Assembly (NCBI RefSeq): GCF_001194135.2 | Contig: NC_068986.1 | Span: forward strand, 18,513,481-18,559,120 | DNA length: 45,640 nt | Source of the DNA: Octopus bimaculoides | Taxonomy: Eukaryota | Direction: 5' to 3' | Part shown: in pieces, positions 22,774-36,133 of the stretch | Numbering within the stretch: position 1 is the first letter of the stretch | How the letters are laid out: every line of letters begins with the position of its first letter | The notes under the pieces: generated by a model | Seen by the model: only the letters and a program-made list of their open reading frames with translations | Told to the model about the DNA's origin: nothing | Database searches by the model: none | Program-made: the position numbers and the translations under genes

Positions 22774-23739
22774 ATCTACGTATCGATATTGATATCGATT
22801 GTTTATTATTATAAATTCTACGCACATTTACAGAGTAAATTGTCGCACTGAAATGTTTAATCATATGTCAATATACAGAATAAATGCTCCGATGACTTAG
22901 GTTTGGTAATGACGTACGAAGAAATATATTTTAAATATAATAGAGCATATGGATAGCGTACTTCCATAAACGCTTACTTATGCCAGCCGACCTTGTCTGA
23001 ATTAATTCTGTGGCAGAATTGGTATGAACTTGAGAAAAGAATGATCATTCAAACGTATCCTACACGTCTCAAGCCATTGTAAGTACATAAACATTGAACG
23101 AAAATAAAAGAATGGTGAAATTAATGCAAAATTTCCTGGATAAATAAATAAACATTAGCAATGTTACTTAATGTTTGACTTTATTTTAATAAGAATAAGT
23201 GAACATGATTTACATTATTTACATTTGACGGATATTTGTTCTCATCTTGTTTCTTGTTAACACAATGTTTCGTCTGATATACCCTCCAGCCTTCATTAGG
23301 TGTCTTGGGGAAATTTGCACCTGGGTTCTTATTCCTTAGGTATTTTTCGATGTTATTGTCATTATTATTACTTTTTTTTTTTCGGGAATGTTCGATTAAA
23401 ATTTTATGTAAGAAACGTATGTGCAAGTTGCGTATTTTTGAAATAGATTATTCAGCAGAAATTATCTGGAAAATAAATAAAAGAGAGTAAATACATGCGC
23501 GCGCACAGAAACACACATACACACACACGCGCACAGACACACACACTCACACACACAAACACACACAAACACACACAAACACACACACACACAAAGAAAC
23601 AAATAAACAAACAGGCGACACACAAAAACCTCAAGAGAACCTTACGTAAATCTTTTAGGGAACATGACGCACTTTAATTTCGGAGGATAGACTGTAATTA
23701 TTGTGGTAAAGCCCTTTGGATAAAAAGAAAATTCAGAGG

Positions 23740-23798
23740 CTACCGTTGGGATTCGAACGCACATCATCTGTATATATTTTCGCGCTACACCTCATTGC
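23740..23798 (-). pseudogene. Degenerate tRNA-like or SINE-head remnant
   Basis: Exact B-box GTTCGAATCC on the minus strand (23749-23758). No intact cloverleaf visible. Confidence 0.35.
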
Positions 23799-24028
23799 TT
23801 ATCTGCTTCAAGATCCAACCCTCTAATACACGAATTGAACCATCTTCTCCTGAAGTTTCAAAAGTCTTGTGACGTCAACAACATAGGATTCCCGGTGGGG
23901 AGAATAAGGATTCCAAAATAGATGTAAATATTCAAATGGTTCCTTTGCTACAGATGTGGATATGTGTCCCAAGAGCAGCATTCGACATTTACTTTCCCAA
24001 ATGTTTTTATCCCAATATTTAAATGTTA

Positions 24029-24074
<46 letters not shown>

Positions 24075-24131
24075 CTTACTTGGAAGAGGATGCGTGACGT
24101 TCAGTTATATAATAATATAAATAATATATAC

Positions 24132-24165
<34 letters not shown>

Positions 24166-24550
24166 NNNNNNNNNNNNNNNNNNNNNNNNNNNNNNNNNNN
24201 NNNNNNNNNNNNNNNNNNNNNNNNNNNNNNNNNNNNNNNNNNNNNNNNNNNNNNNNNNNNNNNNNNNNNNNNNNNNNNNNNNNNNNNNNNNNNNNNNNNN
24301 NNNNNNNNNNNNNNNNNNNNNNNNNNNNNNNNNNNNNNNNNNNNNNNNNNNNNNNNNNNNNNNNNNNNNNNNNNNNNNNNNNNNNNNNNNNNNNNNNNNN
24401 NNNNNNNNNNNNNNNNNNNNNNNNNNNNNNNNNNNNNNNNNNNNNNNNNNNNNNNNNNNNNNNNNNNNNNNNNNNNNNNNNNNNNNNNNNNNNNNNNNNN
24501 NNNNNNNNNNNNNNNNNNNNNNNNNNNNNNNNNNNNNNNNNNNNNNNNNN

Positions 24551-24616
<66 letters not shown>

Positions 24617-25605
24617 CAGCGAGTGGGTGTATTTATGTATAAATTATATTTTTAACGTGCCTGTGTCTGGCCCAAATAATTCATGCAATTATATTTTCAT
24701 TGCCATAATAATTTTGCATATTTATGCTAATACATTTAGATATTCCTATAGGAAAATCATTGCTTATATAAATCAGAATGTTACACATACCGTCTCTCTT
24801 GTGCGAGTGCTTTTATGTGTCCTTCTTCTTACGAGTCTGCACGTTTGTCCATTTATGTTCATATATTCACATCTATACTTATATGTATATATATAAATAT
24901 ATATTCACCTATGTATATATTCACTTATGTATAAATTTCTAATATTCATATATACACGCATACACTCACACATTTACACGTGCACCGACACATGTATGTG
25001 CGTTTGTATGTATATATGTTTATTTATGTATATTCATCAAATTTTCAATTTCCGTGAGTTTGACCAAAGTAATTTACCCAATTATTTTTTCATTGCCACA
25101 CTAATTATGCATATTTATGTTAAAACATGCAGATGTCCCTGCGGGGAAATTATTACTTATAAAACAAAATGTTATTCTTTCTATCTATGTTTGTCCCTCT
25201 GTGTCTCTCTGTGTCTCTCTCTCTCTGCCCTTCTCTCTCCTTCTCTCTCTCTATATATACACATATATATATATATACATACATACATACATGTATANNN
25301 NNNNNNNNNNNNNNNNNNNNNNNNNNNNNNNNNNNNNNNNNNNNNNNNNNNNNNNNNNNNNNNNNNNNNNNNNNNNNNNNNNNNNNNNNNNNNNNNNNNN
25401 NNNNNNNNNNTATATATATATATATGTATATATACGTATGAATGTATGTCTGTGTACATATGCTTGTGTATGCTTGTACGTTTGCGCCTAGGTGTATTTA
25501 CACACATATATGTGAGTGTGTATGCCTGTGTGTGCGTGATTATGTACGCACATAAAGAATGTATAAAATGGGGTACAAGGAGATAACCAACACGCTGATG
25601 TCTTA

Positions 25606-25815
25606 CAGTAATTCCTCGACTATCGCGGGTGTTATGTTCCACAATCCCCCGCGATAAGTGAACATCCGCGAAGTAGAAAGAGCAGCGTACTGTATATTTT
25701 CTTTTTACTATTTTTATAATTTGTATATATTTATTTTATCATAAATGCAAAACAACACCACGGAGGAATCGACGTAAGTTTAAATAATAAACCGCGATAA
25801 GGCGAGAGATTACTC
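25606..25815. mobile_element. pogo/Tigger-like MITE (Tc1/mariner superfamily), 210 bp
   Basis: TA|CAGTAATTCCTCGACTATCGCGG at the left end and the imperfect inverted copy CCGCGATAAGGCGAGAGATTACTC|TA at 25792-25817. TA duplication on both sides. Confidence 0.75.
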
Positions 25816-25899
25816 TAGTATATTGCTCTTTTCATATCTTTTAAAGGTTTTTTTATTACTTTTATGTTCCTCTTCACACATAATATGCTAACACTGAAA

Positions 25900-26903
25900 G
25901 GAAAAATGGAAAGACAAGAAGCCATAAGGGCCAAATATGCTGAACACAGAAGTTGAGGAACTGCGACCTTTCTCAGTGTTGCAGCATATTTTGTACACAG
26001 AGATGTGAATTTTAAGTACCTTGCGAGAATTTTTCAACTATCAAAGTGAAATTCATTATAATCATACGAACACTTTAAGGATATTACAATGCATCAAACA
26101 GTATTTGTGTTTGGAACTAAAACATGAATGGGGGCCATTACTGAAGAACGTTAACTGTCAACATGAACCTTCAGAACTGAATTGCGCAATGACATTCGAT
26201 ATAAGTTATGTCTACGGTACTAAAGAAAGAGAAATATGTATTTGCAAACACACAGTTAATCTATTTCACCAGTTCCGTGCGTTTATGCATTAACGTAAAA
26301 GACCTTCATGAATGTGGGGTGTTTTGATTCTTCTCTGGTGAGGAAAAACTTTGTTCAAGAAATGTCATGCAGAAGAAATGAGAGAATGTTCTATGTACAT
26401 ATGTTTTCGATGTCTACAGAGTGATGCACATTGTGTTTTCAGAAATTGTGATGATTTTAATACTATTGAATAACGGAGGTTATATCATACCACATGATTT
26501 TCCGCATGATTTTAGAATTCATACCGCAAGAAAGGTTTAGGTGATGCAGATTGGTGAGACCAAGATGGATGAAATACGTAGTGGAATGTTGTGCGTATTT
26601 CAACTAGACATATAGCACCATCTCTGAAAGTCATTATAATCCAGGAACGCGTACCAGATAATGTTACATTACACCAACATTGAGGAGTTGAACCTCGTTA
26701 GATTTCAATTCTGTAGACTACTACGTTTGGAGCAATTTTAAATGGGAGGCTATCTGACATCACTACATAACAATAGCTCTGCTCAAGAGCGACTTTATTC
26801 AGGTGATGTCCAAAAGAATGAGAACCATTTAGAGCAGGGATGTGACCGACTTAAGTTTGGTATTAAATCTGCCATAGAAATTGAAGCTAGATTCAGAGAA
26901 TAA
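25900..26903 (+). mobile_element. Tc1/mariner transposase pseudogene, DD37D (maT)-like
   Basis: Scattered frameshifted remnants resembling EH..EIATFL.VA..FVH (near 25940), FFSDEKNF (near 26328), VFQ.D.APS (near 26595), and PDLNPLDYYVWS (TCTGTAGACTACTACGTTTGGAGC, near 26710). The C-terminus AIEIEARFRE* ends at 26903. Confidence 0.75.
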
Positions 26904-27821
26904 TGCGAGGAGAAAGTTTATAGGAGATGTGGTGCACAAAGTTTAATTAAATTACACTAGGCGTTTGCTACTTTAGGCTTTTGCTAAATAACACGCACAT
27001 ACATAACACCGTGAATATATATAACTGTATATATTGCAAATGGTAATACAAATATATTTTAGTACTTTCAAATGAAATGTCTTCGGAATTGTACAATGTT
27101 ATTCATTTCGGTGTTACATAATATAACACATAGAAAGGGCCTACATGTAGCTAGAGGATAACCACAATACGGTCAAAACCATGGATTCTGGGTGTCTTGG
27201 ACCAGGAATAGTAGACAGTTCTCTCCTACTTCCAATATGTATTGAGTGTGAAGTATACTGAATAACCAGGGGGAGGAGGCGTTTTCCTGGTGCTAAAATA
27301 ACACTATCGTCCATTCTTATAGAACACCCATGTTTAAGTTTGACAATAAACATTACTTCTCAGGATAGATATTACTTCCATCCATTAACAGAGATTTTCT
27401 TATTGAGCGAATATAGATTTCCAACTTGAAAAATTTCTAACTCACAAGATACTTCAGAAATATATTTTCAGGGAAAATGTCAACAAACATGAAAATATGA
27501 AATCTTTTAAATTTAAGGTTATATTTAATCTGTTAACCTACCTCTCTATTATGTTACATGAGAGATCCTTATTTACTAAGCATATGTTGAACAAAATGAT
27601 TATGTTAATCGCTTTCTCTGTTACGCAAAATGAATATTTACTGAGTGAATCCGTAGCGACATATCTACTGTAAAAGTGTAAATTAGATTTTACAAATTTG
27701 AGGGAAACATTTCAGAGAAACAAGATTCTATTGTAAATATATAAGCTGGCTACAATCAAATTTTATGTTGCAATCATTTATAATCTACACTCCTTTGAGC
27801 CCAATAAAATTGCTGAAATCA

Positions 27822-27865
<44 letters not shown>

Positions 27866-28334
27866 ATAGACGGATAAATAGATAGATATGTAGATAGATA
27901 GATAGACAGGGAGACACACACACAGGCATGCAAACAGACAGAAAGACAGGCAGACAGACTGACAGATAGACAGATAGACAGATAGATAGATAGATTGTGA
28001 GTCAACGTATATGTACGCACTAGGATGCATTTACATATGTGTACTTAAATATAATTATGCGTGTATGTTTATGTATAAAGTACACATTCATACACATATA
28101 TTTTTGCTCGCATATTTCTGTATGCAAAAGAATGAGACCATGTAAACAATCGGAAAATGTGATTAGGAATATTATGATTAATAGGGTTTTGTATTTTGCA
28201 TATTTTATAATTTTTCTTTAATTTCCTTTTAAATATGATTCATAATACTATTTTGATTCAATTTATCAAAAGATACTTCGCTAATATTATCTTTAAAAAT
28301 GATCCTGAGCAAATAGAATGTTTATACTGCATAG

Positions 28335-28391
28335 GAGAACATAGACGTGATCTAGACGCGTATAAGCCGAGATTCTTATCTGTACCAAGAA
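28335..28391 (+). CDS. Candidate 57-nt internal exon, unknown gene
   Basis: Acceptor tttatactgcatag| and donor GAA|gtatgt. Open phase 1 to phase 1 frame: [19 protein letters not shown]. No homology recognised. Confidence 0.15.
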
Positions 28392-28401
28392 GTATGTATA
28401 G

Positions 28402-28456
<55 letters not shown>

Positions 28457-29117
28457 GACATACATAGATAGATGTATATATATACAGAGAAATAAATGTA
28501 TACATATGTACACATACACACACACATCGACGCACATACACACACACAAACATATATACATTATGGACGTTATTGAGCGTGTGTGTATAGGTTTATCTTC
28601 AACAACATAGCGTAAAATATATTACTTGTATTTTAATTAAAATTCAACAGCCTTGAAATAAGCTCTCAATGTTTGGTTTAGTTATGTTCATTAAATGAAA
28701 CCAAAATAATTATAGGTCCAATAAGCATGAAATTTATGATACGTAGTGGTAAATACCTTGTGTTGTGTATGTGTGCACATTTGTATATATACTTGTGATT
28801 CTGTAAGAGTTTTGGTGCATATATATACGTATATATANNNNNNNNNNNNNNNNNNNNNNNNNNNNNNNNNNNNNNNNNNNNNNNNNNNNNNNNNNNNNNN
28901 NNNNNNNNNNNNNNNNNNNNNNNNNNNNNNNNNNNNNNNNNNNNNNNNNNNNNNNNNNNNNNNNNNNNNNNNNNNNNNNNNNNNNNNNNNNNNNNNNNNN
29001 NNNNNNNNNNNNNNNNNNNNNNNNNNNNNNNNNNNNNNNNNNNNNNNNNNNNNNNNNNNNNNNNNNNNNNNNNNNNNNNNNNNNNNNNNNNNNNNNNNNN
29101 NNNNNNNNNNNNNNNNN

Positions 29118-29154
<37 letters not shown>

Positions 29155-30527
29155 GCATATATATGTATATATGTGATTGTGTGTATATGTGTGTGTGTGT
29201 GCGTGTGTATGTATGAGTGGGAATTCCAAAAAATATAATTATATGAAAGAATAATCAAACTATAATGAATTCTAATAATATAGGGTAGTAATTAACAATT
29301 ATTGATATTCAGCTGGAACGAATACACTGTCTGATGGGTATATCTACTGTACACTAACATTTACACATACGCATATACTTAAACGTATATATTCTTGCAT
29401 ACACACCCATAACGAACACAATATGCAAACACATACATGTGCACTCATTTAGAAAAATAGAGTTCCTTGTGTGCGCATTTGCTGTGTCTCTGAGTGTGTA
29501 TGGATACAAAATCTCATATACACACAAAGAGGTAATCACACGTAGGTGTGTATACTAATAATGGATTGACTGCAGTGAACTATTCGTGAGTGGGGGACGA
29601 TATATGAAAGCAAACGTTTGTCACGTGTGTCTGCCTGCACATATCAAATGGTTATTATCTAAGGTGCATTTGTTTAACCCCGCAATTCTAGCGTTATTTT
29701 TGTTTTTGAAGGCCACCTAGAAGGAAAAAAAAAAGTCTTGATTGCAATGAATAGTCACAGCACGTATGCAGTTGGAGGAAATGTTAATATGGAGGAACTG
29801 TAATGAAAACAATTTTGTCGGTGTAGTTAATGGCTGCATACACATCTAAGTGTAAGCTTTCTTTCGGTATTTTGTATAAACACACATGTCAGTAAATGTA
29901 CAAGTATGGTTGTAGGTAAATACATACGCACACACACACACACACATACATACACACACATATATATATATATATATATANNNNNNNNNNNNNNNNNNNN
30001 NNNNNNNNNNNNNNNNNNNNNNNNNNNNNNNNNNNNNNNNNNNNNNNNNNNNNNNNNNNNNNNNNNNNNNNNNNNNNNNNNNNNNNNNNNNNNNNNNNNN
30101 NNNNNNNNNNNNNNNNNNNNNNNNNNNNNNNNNNNNNNNNNNNNNNNNNNNNNNNNNNNNNNNNNNNNNNNNNNNNNNNNNNNNNNNNNNNNNNNNNNNN
30201 NNNNNNNNNNNNNNNNNNNNNNNNNNNNNNNNNNNNNNNNNNNNNNNNNNNNNNNNNNNNNNNNNNNNNNNNNNNNNNNNNNNNNNNNNNNNNNNNNNNN
30301 NNNNNNNNNNNNNNNNNNNNNNNNNNNNNNNNNNNNNNNNNNNNNNNNNNNNNNNNNNNNNNNNNNNNNNNNNNNNNNNNNNNNNNNNNNNNNNNNNNNN
30401 NNNNNNNNNNNNNNNNNNNNNNNNNNNNNNNNNNNNNNNNNNNNNNNNNNNNNNNNNNNNNNNNNNNNNNNNNNNNNNNNNNNNNNNNNNNNNNNNNNTA
30501 TATATATACATATATATATGTGTGTGT

Positions 30528-30600
<73 letters not shown>

Positions 30601-30921
30601 CATACATAGATAGATATACATATATACATGGGAAGGATGACTACCCTTTGCAAATAGCGACAGGGCACAGAAAATGTGTCAATAGCTAGATGGAGGAGAT
30701 GTTCTCCTGGTGCTAAAAGCAACAGTAGCATTCACCCTTGAGGTCTAGCCACATTTAAGTGGCAAATATACTTCACGTTGTCTCGCAGTTACTGTTTATA
30801 CCTCGTTCAGAGATTTAACATTGCTTGTTTACACTTTTTCGAGATGAGTGAATGTTCGTCACTCAAAAAAGGATATATGTATTTGCATTGGGAGCCCTTC
30901 GCATCGACGATCGGTGATTGT

Positions 30922-30966
30922 CGTACGCTGACGAAGGGTAAATACCCAGAAACTCGAGTCCGTACG
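30922..30966 (+). ncRNA. Minimal type I hammerhead ribozyme motif
   Basis: Stem I CGTACG (30922-27) / CGTACG (30961-66); core CTGACGA (30928-34); stem II GGGT/ACCC with loop AAAT, flanked by an A.A pair; GAAA (30949-52); palindromic stem III CTCGAG; cleavage triplet GTC (30958-60). Confidence 0.82.
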
Positions 30967-32163
30967 TATCACGTCAGTTCGACGAAGGGAAGGATGAAGA
31001 ACTACATAGATTATATTTATTAAGCATTTAATGTAGGAGTGAAATTTAACCATTGTAGAAAATCAAGTGACAGAAATTTTATATATATATAGATAACTAT
31101 AAGAGGGAAACTTTCATAGTATCAAATACAATGAGCAATAACATTCTACAGCAGAGAAAAATAACTTAGCATATCGTATGGAAGAGGACAAAATACCTAG
31201 TATTCCATATACCATATTATAAAACCTCAAACCTTGAGTTTTAGAGAATTTTCTTTGAAAAGTAGTTGTCACATCTGCATAACGTTACTTCATGTTTGAT
31301 CCATGTCCATGTCAGCATATGTTAAATACCAACCGTAGGGTTTTAAAAGGAGTGAAAATAGATTATTTCAATAGCAATACGTATTTGGACAGAGATGTTG
31401 AGCATCTGGATATTTAAATGAATTTTTATGTCGTCTTGAAACTCTTCTTTTGCTTCGGTACATGCTTTCTATTGAATGCTATTAACGACTTGCATATAAC
31501 ATTGTAGTCTACTTCTTAGATGATGAAATTATTATTAAGCAAGAAATAATCCCTATGAAGTTTATGTATACTTCTAAGAATTTCCACTCGTTACTAATCA
31601 AATATAATTTTAAAAGATTATCTGAAGACTATCACAATTAGGAAAGCGCTAAATTTTACAGCAGGGTACGCAGTACACGTTTTTAAATACTACTGGTGTA
31701 TATACATACATACATATGAATGTATGCACGTATGTATTTGTGCATGCACGGAGGATATGTGTTTCTTCCTCCACCAACGAAACACGACTTTTAATAAACC
31801 TAGCTAAATGTCAATTGAGTCATAGTTAGTCAACAGCTTTCAACTATCTGCGAAGATTTGTCTAATTATGGCGAAATTACACAATTACACAAAAATTGCG
31901 TGGGTTTTACAATCAGAGATGCTGGTAAAAAATTCAAATCTTATGCTTGTCGTGAACTGGATGCGAAAGAGAAAAATATTTTTGATGCTATCAACATTAA
32001 TGAATCCTTAAATTAATATCAACATCAATAAAATGTTAGAATGAAGACGCCTCGAGAAAAGAAACTCCGAGTACAGATATGCATCGCCGAATAGCGAAAC
32101 TATTGATTTCCTTAACGGTAAAGACACTAAAACATTCAAAACATACGTTTTATAAGGACTTAC

Positions 32164-32234
32164 ATTTAGTATGCTGGGATGGATGTAGAGGTGCAATCTC
32201 CAACGCACTATACTGTATATAATTGCAGGTTCCG
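32164..32234 (-). CDS. Candidate 71-nt internal exon, unknown gene
   Basis: Acceptor tgtaattcttccttctaaag| and perfect donor AAT|gtaagt. Two frames are open: GTCNYIQYSALEIAPLHPSQHTK or EPAIIYSIVRWRLHLYIHPSILN. No homology recognised. Confidence 0.3.
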
Positions 32235-32759
32235 CTTTAGAAGGAAGAATTACATACAAATCAATTTTAAAAAAAAAATATCTTGCAGTTGTTTCATTCC
32301 AATGCACATTTTATCGTTATTCGATGCTTATAAGGGGAATATTTAAATTTCAGATCATTTCGTTATTTCAAATATACTTCCTTATGCATTTTTTTATGTA
32401 TTCGTACTTCGACAGTTTGTATTCTGTTGCTAAACATCAACAGAAATAGTGACATATGACCGAAACTTTGATATACATATATATATATGCATGTATGTGC
32501 GTACGTGTGCATGTGTGTTTGTGTGTGTGTGTGTGTGTGTGAACTAAGACTGGTTATTATTGAATTACACCAGATTGTCATTTGTCTGCCGTTAAATATA
32601 TTTGATGACAGCTATTTTACATAAAGCCATTTGTATTTATATGCATATGAACATGCCGTATACACAATGGAATAAATGAATACGTATACATATAACGTAT
32701 TTTGTTTATATCAATGCATACTTATGCATATATGAATAAGTATATATATATGTATGTAT

Positions 32760-32802
<43 letters not shown>

Positions 32803-32913
32803 GATGTCATGCTGAATAAAATGTATTTCAGTGTCACTCTAGCAGGGTACTTCTATATATATGTATATATGTATGTGCGTGTGTGTGTCTATATCTGTCT
32901 ATGTGCGCATGCG

Positions 32914-32956
<43 letters not shown>

Positions 32957-33334
32957 GTGAAACAGGATATAAAGAATACTTTTCGAATGGGACGTATCGA
33001 CCTTTCGATCCGAGAGACCATAAAATTAGAATAATTATATACTGTAGCCATTACAATATTTGCCAGGAGCTGCAGACAGTGCAAGTGATAAAACTAATTG
33101 AGTGTTGAATTTAAAGTTTGAAAAATTATACACGCTCACACACAAAAACACACACTAACATACACACACATTCACGCCCACATGCACACATACACACACA
33201 CTCATAAATGTTACGTTATTTTGTCTACATAATACATACACATATGTATATCTATTTGCACATGTACATACATGTACAAATATACATATATTAGTATTTA
33301 GCAAAATTTCAATTTCATATATGGTATGTATATA

Positions 33335-33387
<53 letters not shown>

Positions 33388-33612
33388 GTACATTTATATA
33401 TATANNNNNNNNNNNNNNNNNNNNNNNNNNNNNNNNNNNNNNNNNNNNNNNNNNNNNNNNNNNNNNNNNNNNNNNNNNNNNNNNNNNNNNNNNNNNNNNN
33501 NNNNNNNNNNNNNNNNNNNNNNNNNNNNNNNNNNNNNNNNNNNNNNNNNNNNNNNTATAGAAAGAGAGACAGACAGACAGATAGGTAGATAGATAGATAG
33601 ATATATAGATAC

Positions 33613-33667
<55 letters not shown>

Positions 33668-35289
33668 TAAACACACGCACATTTTGATGTATACGTATGT
33701 CTCGCTTGGCTTCCGTGTATGGTCTATTATAAATTTGAAGTATATACATATATATATATATATACATGCATATATATTTTTATATCTGATATGATATAGT
33801 TAAATATCGTAAATGACTTGTTTTCGCCAAAAGCTACGAACATCAAATCTGTAATGCGTTTCTTAACAATTAGACCTAACAAGAATTTCAATTTAACTAG
33901 CAGATCTGATCTTAAAACTATTTAAATTATTCGACCAAACTTTATATGTTCATGATATGAATGTTTTATATCGTGTTGTTGGAATCCACAGAATGAAATT
34001 TGTGTAAATGCTAACGTGTGACATTTCAGAGTTTACTGGGAATAATTAGATAGAAAGATAATGAAACAACTATAAGTATTTTCATTTGTGTTTAGTGAAA
34101 TGCTCATTGATTTCGCATCATAAAACTCCACGTTTCTATTGTTCCCCGTCCCAGAAAGCATGTGTAGTATTTGAACCTGGAATATAGTGAAACTAATTTT
34201 AAATGAGAGGTTATGACATTTATTGTACCTTTGAGACATCGAGAGAAATGAAAAGTCGTCGACGTAATAGAAACGGCTGCTCTGATGTCCTATATATTCG
34301 TAAAAACCGAAAAGAACGTTTTCTTAAGTTTTCCATGTAGAATTACATATCTGAAAATCTAACAGCGCTCTCCACACAAAAATATAGTAAATAAAAGTAA
34401 GAGCAAGCAATATTTATGACCAGATTGGTTAAGTGTTTAAGATCAGAGATACAACGGGAGTGTAGCATCAGCAACGACAGCCAAGTGATTTTATCTTTAT
34501 AGCAAACATATTCCTCATGTAGAACAGGATTTTCCTTCCGAACGCACGAAGACATGTATTGAAAGAGTTATATATCCGCATGACATTTAGACTGGCACTG
34601 TACCGTCGTCGGAAATGTTAACGTTGAAGAAATACTAAGAATGCCATCAAAATAAGCTGAAGGAACAAAAACATCACTGGCTAAAGTGCTGGTAACAAAG
34701 TATTGCAGGGAAAAGGAAAGTCGTAATTCATACTAACTATATAGAAGTGAAAGGGTTATTCTTGACACGAATAGTGAAAACATTTTAGTTGTTACACATA
34801 ATGCCAATTCTAATGGAAAAATATTTTTCCTTCCAAACTTTGGAAATACTTATGCATATGCGCATACATACAAACATATACACATAGTTATATACACACA
34901 AACATACATACATATAAATACGTATAAATAAGTCAGTGTCTTAATATGTGTGTCTATGTTATATTGCTACATATCGTACATGCATACTTTTAAAACAATC
35001 TAAGAGAGTTTATTACTGTATGTGTGTGTGTGCGTGTCTGTGTGTTTGTACATACAACATATATACACACATACATACATACATAATACATACATACATA
35101 CATAATACATACATACATACATACATACATACATACATAATACATACATACATACAGGCATAGCTAAACAGATAAACAGAGAAACTGAGAAATAAAGAAC
35201 ATACTATATATATCTATGTATACATATATATATGTGTGTGTGTGTGTATGTGCGTGTGTGTGTGTGTGTGTATTTATACATATGTCTAT

Positions 35290-35332
<43 letters not shown>

Positions 35333-36133
35333 TCTATGTGTTTGTGTATACCTGCACATCCTCATGTGAATAAGAAATCATGTGTGCTTTGCTGCCTTTC
35401 AGTGTATCTGCGTAACTCCAACTGTGTGTGTGCCCGTGTGTGTGTATATATATACTAATATAGGTAGGGTGCACACGCACATAGATACATACATTCCCGT
35501 GTTCCTAAACAGCTGTTTTTGAGAGCTTAAATTTGGGATTCGTCTTTAACACTTTTGGATACTCAACAGAATATTAAAATGGATTCAATGCGCTGTATTC
35601 TTTATAAAGTGTTGAATTTCTATTTTTATTATCATTATTTATCATTATTATTATTATTATTATTATTAGTATCGACAGTCTTACTACTACTACTTTGAAA
35701 TAATTCAAATGAATCATTGTACTTGTAATACTCTTTTTATAATTTCATAATACAATGATTTATATAAAATTACACATAATGTTGCATTTTAGAAACCCTG
35801 TATTCTTTAAAAGATGCAGGTGTATATACCAAAGAATTTAATTTGAGTAGAAGCTTGTATTTATATTAGCTGTCGTAGTCTCTCAATTGCTGGTTTGCAC
35901 TTTACAATATGCGCACATAAGTTTGTGTTTCTATGGACACATATATGTAGTCAAGCCTAAGAGTACATGGTATGTGTACGCTTGATGTGATTGAGTAAGT
36001 GAAATTTTGAACGCACACAAACACACACACGCATATGTGCACGGGCATATATGTAAATATATACAGAACGAGAGAGAGAGAAAGAAGAAAAAGAGTCACA
36101 GATAGATAGATAGATAGATAGATACATACATAC

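Noticed and set aside
32965-33108. Plus-strand frame GYKEYFSNGTYRPFDPRDHK... as a terminal exon
   Set aside because: The acceptor is preceded by (GT)n rather than a pyrimidine tract, and no family is recognised.
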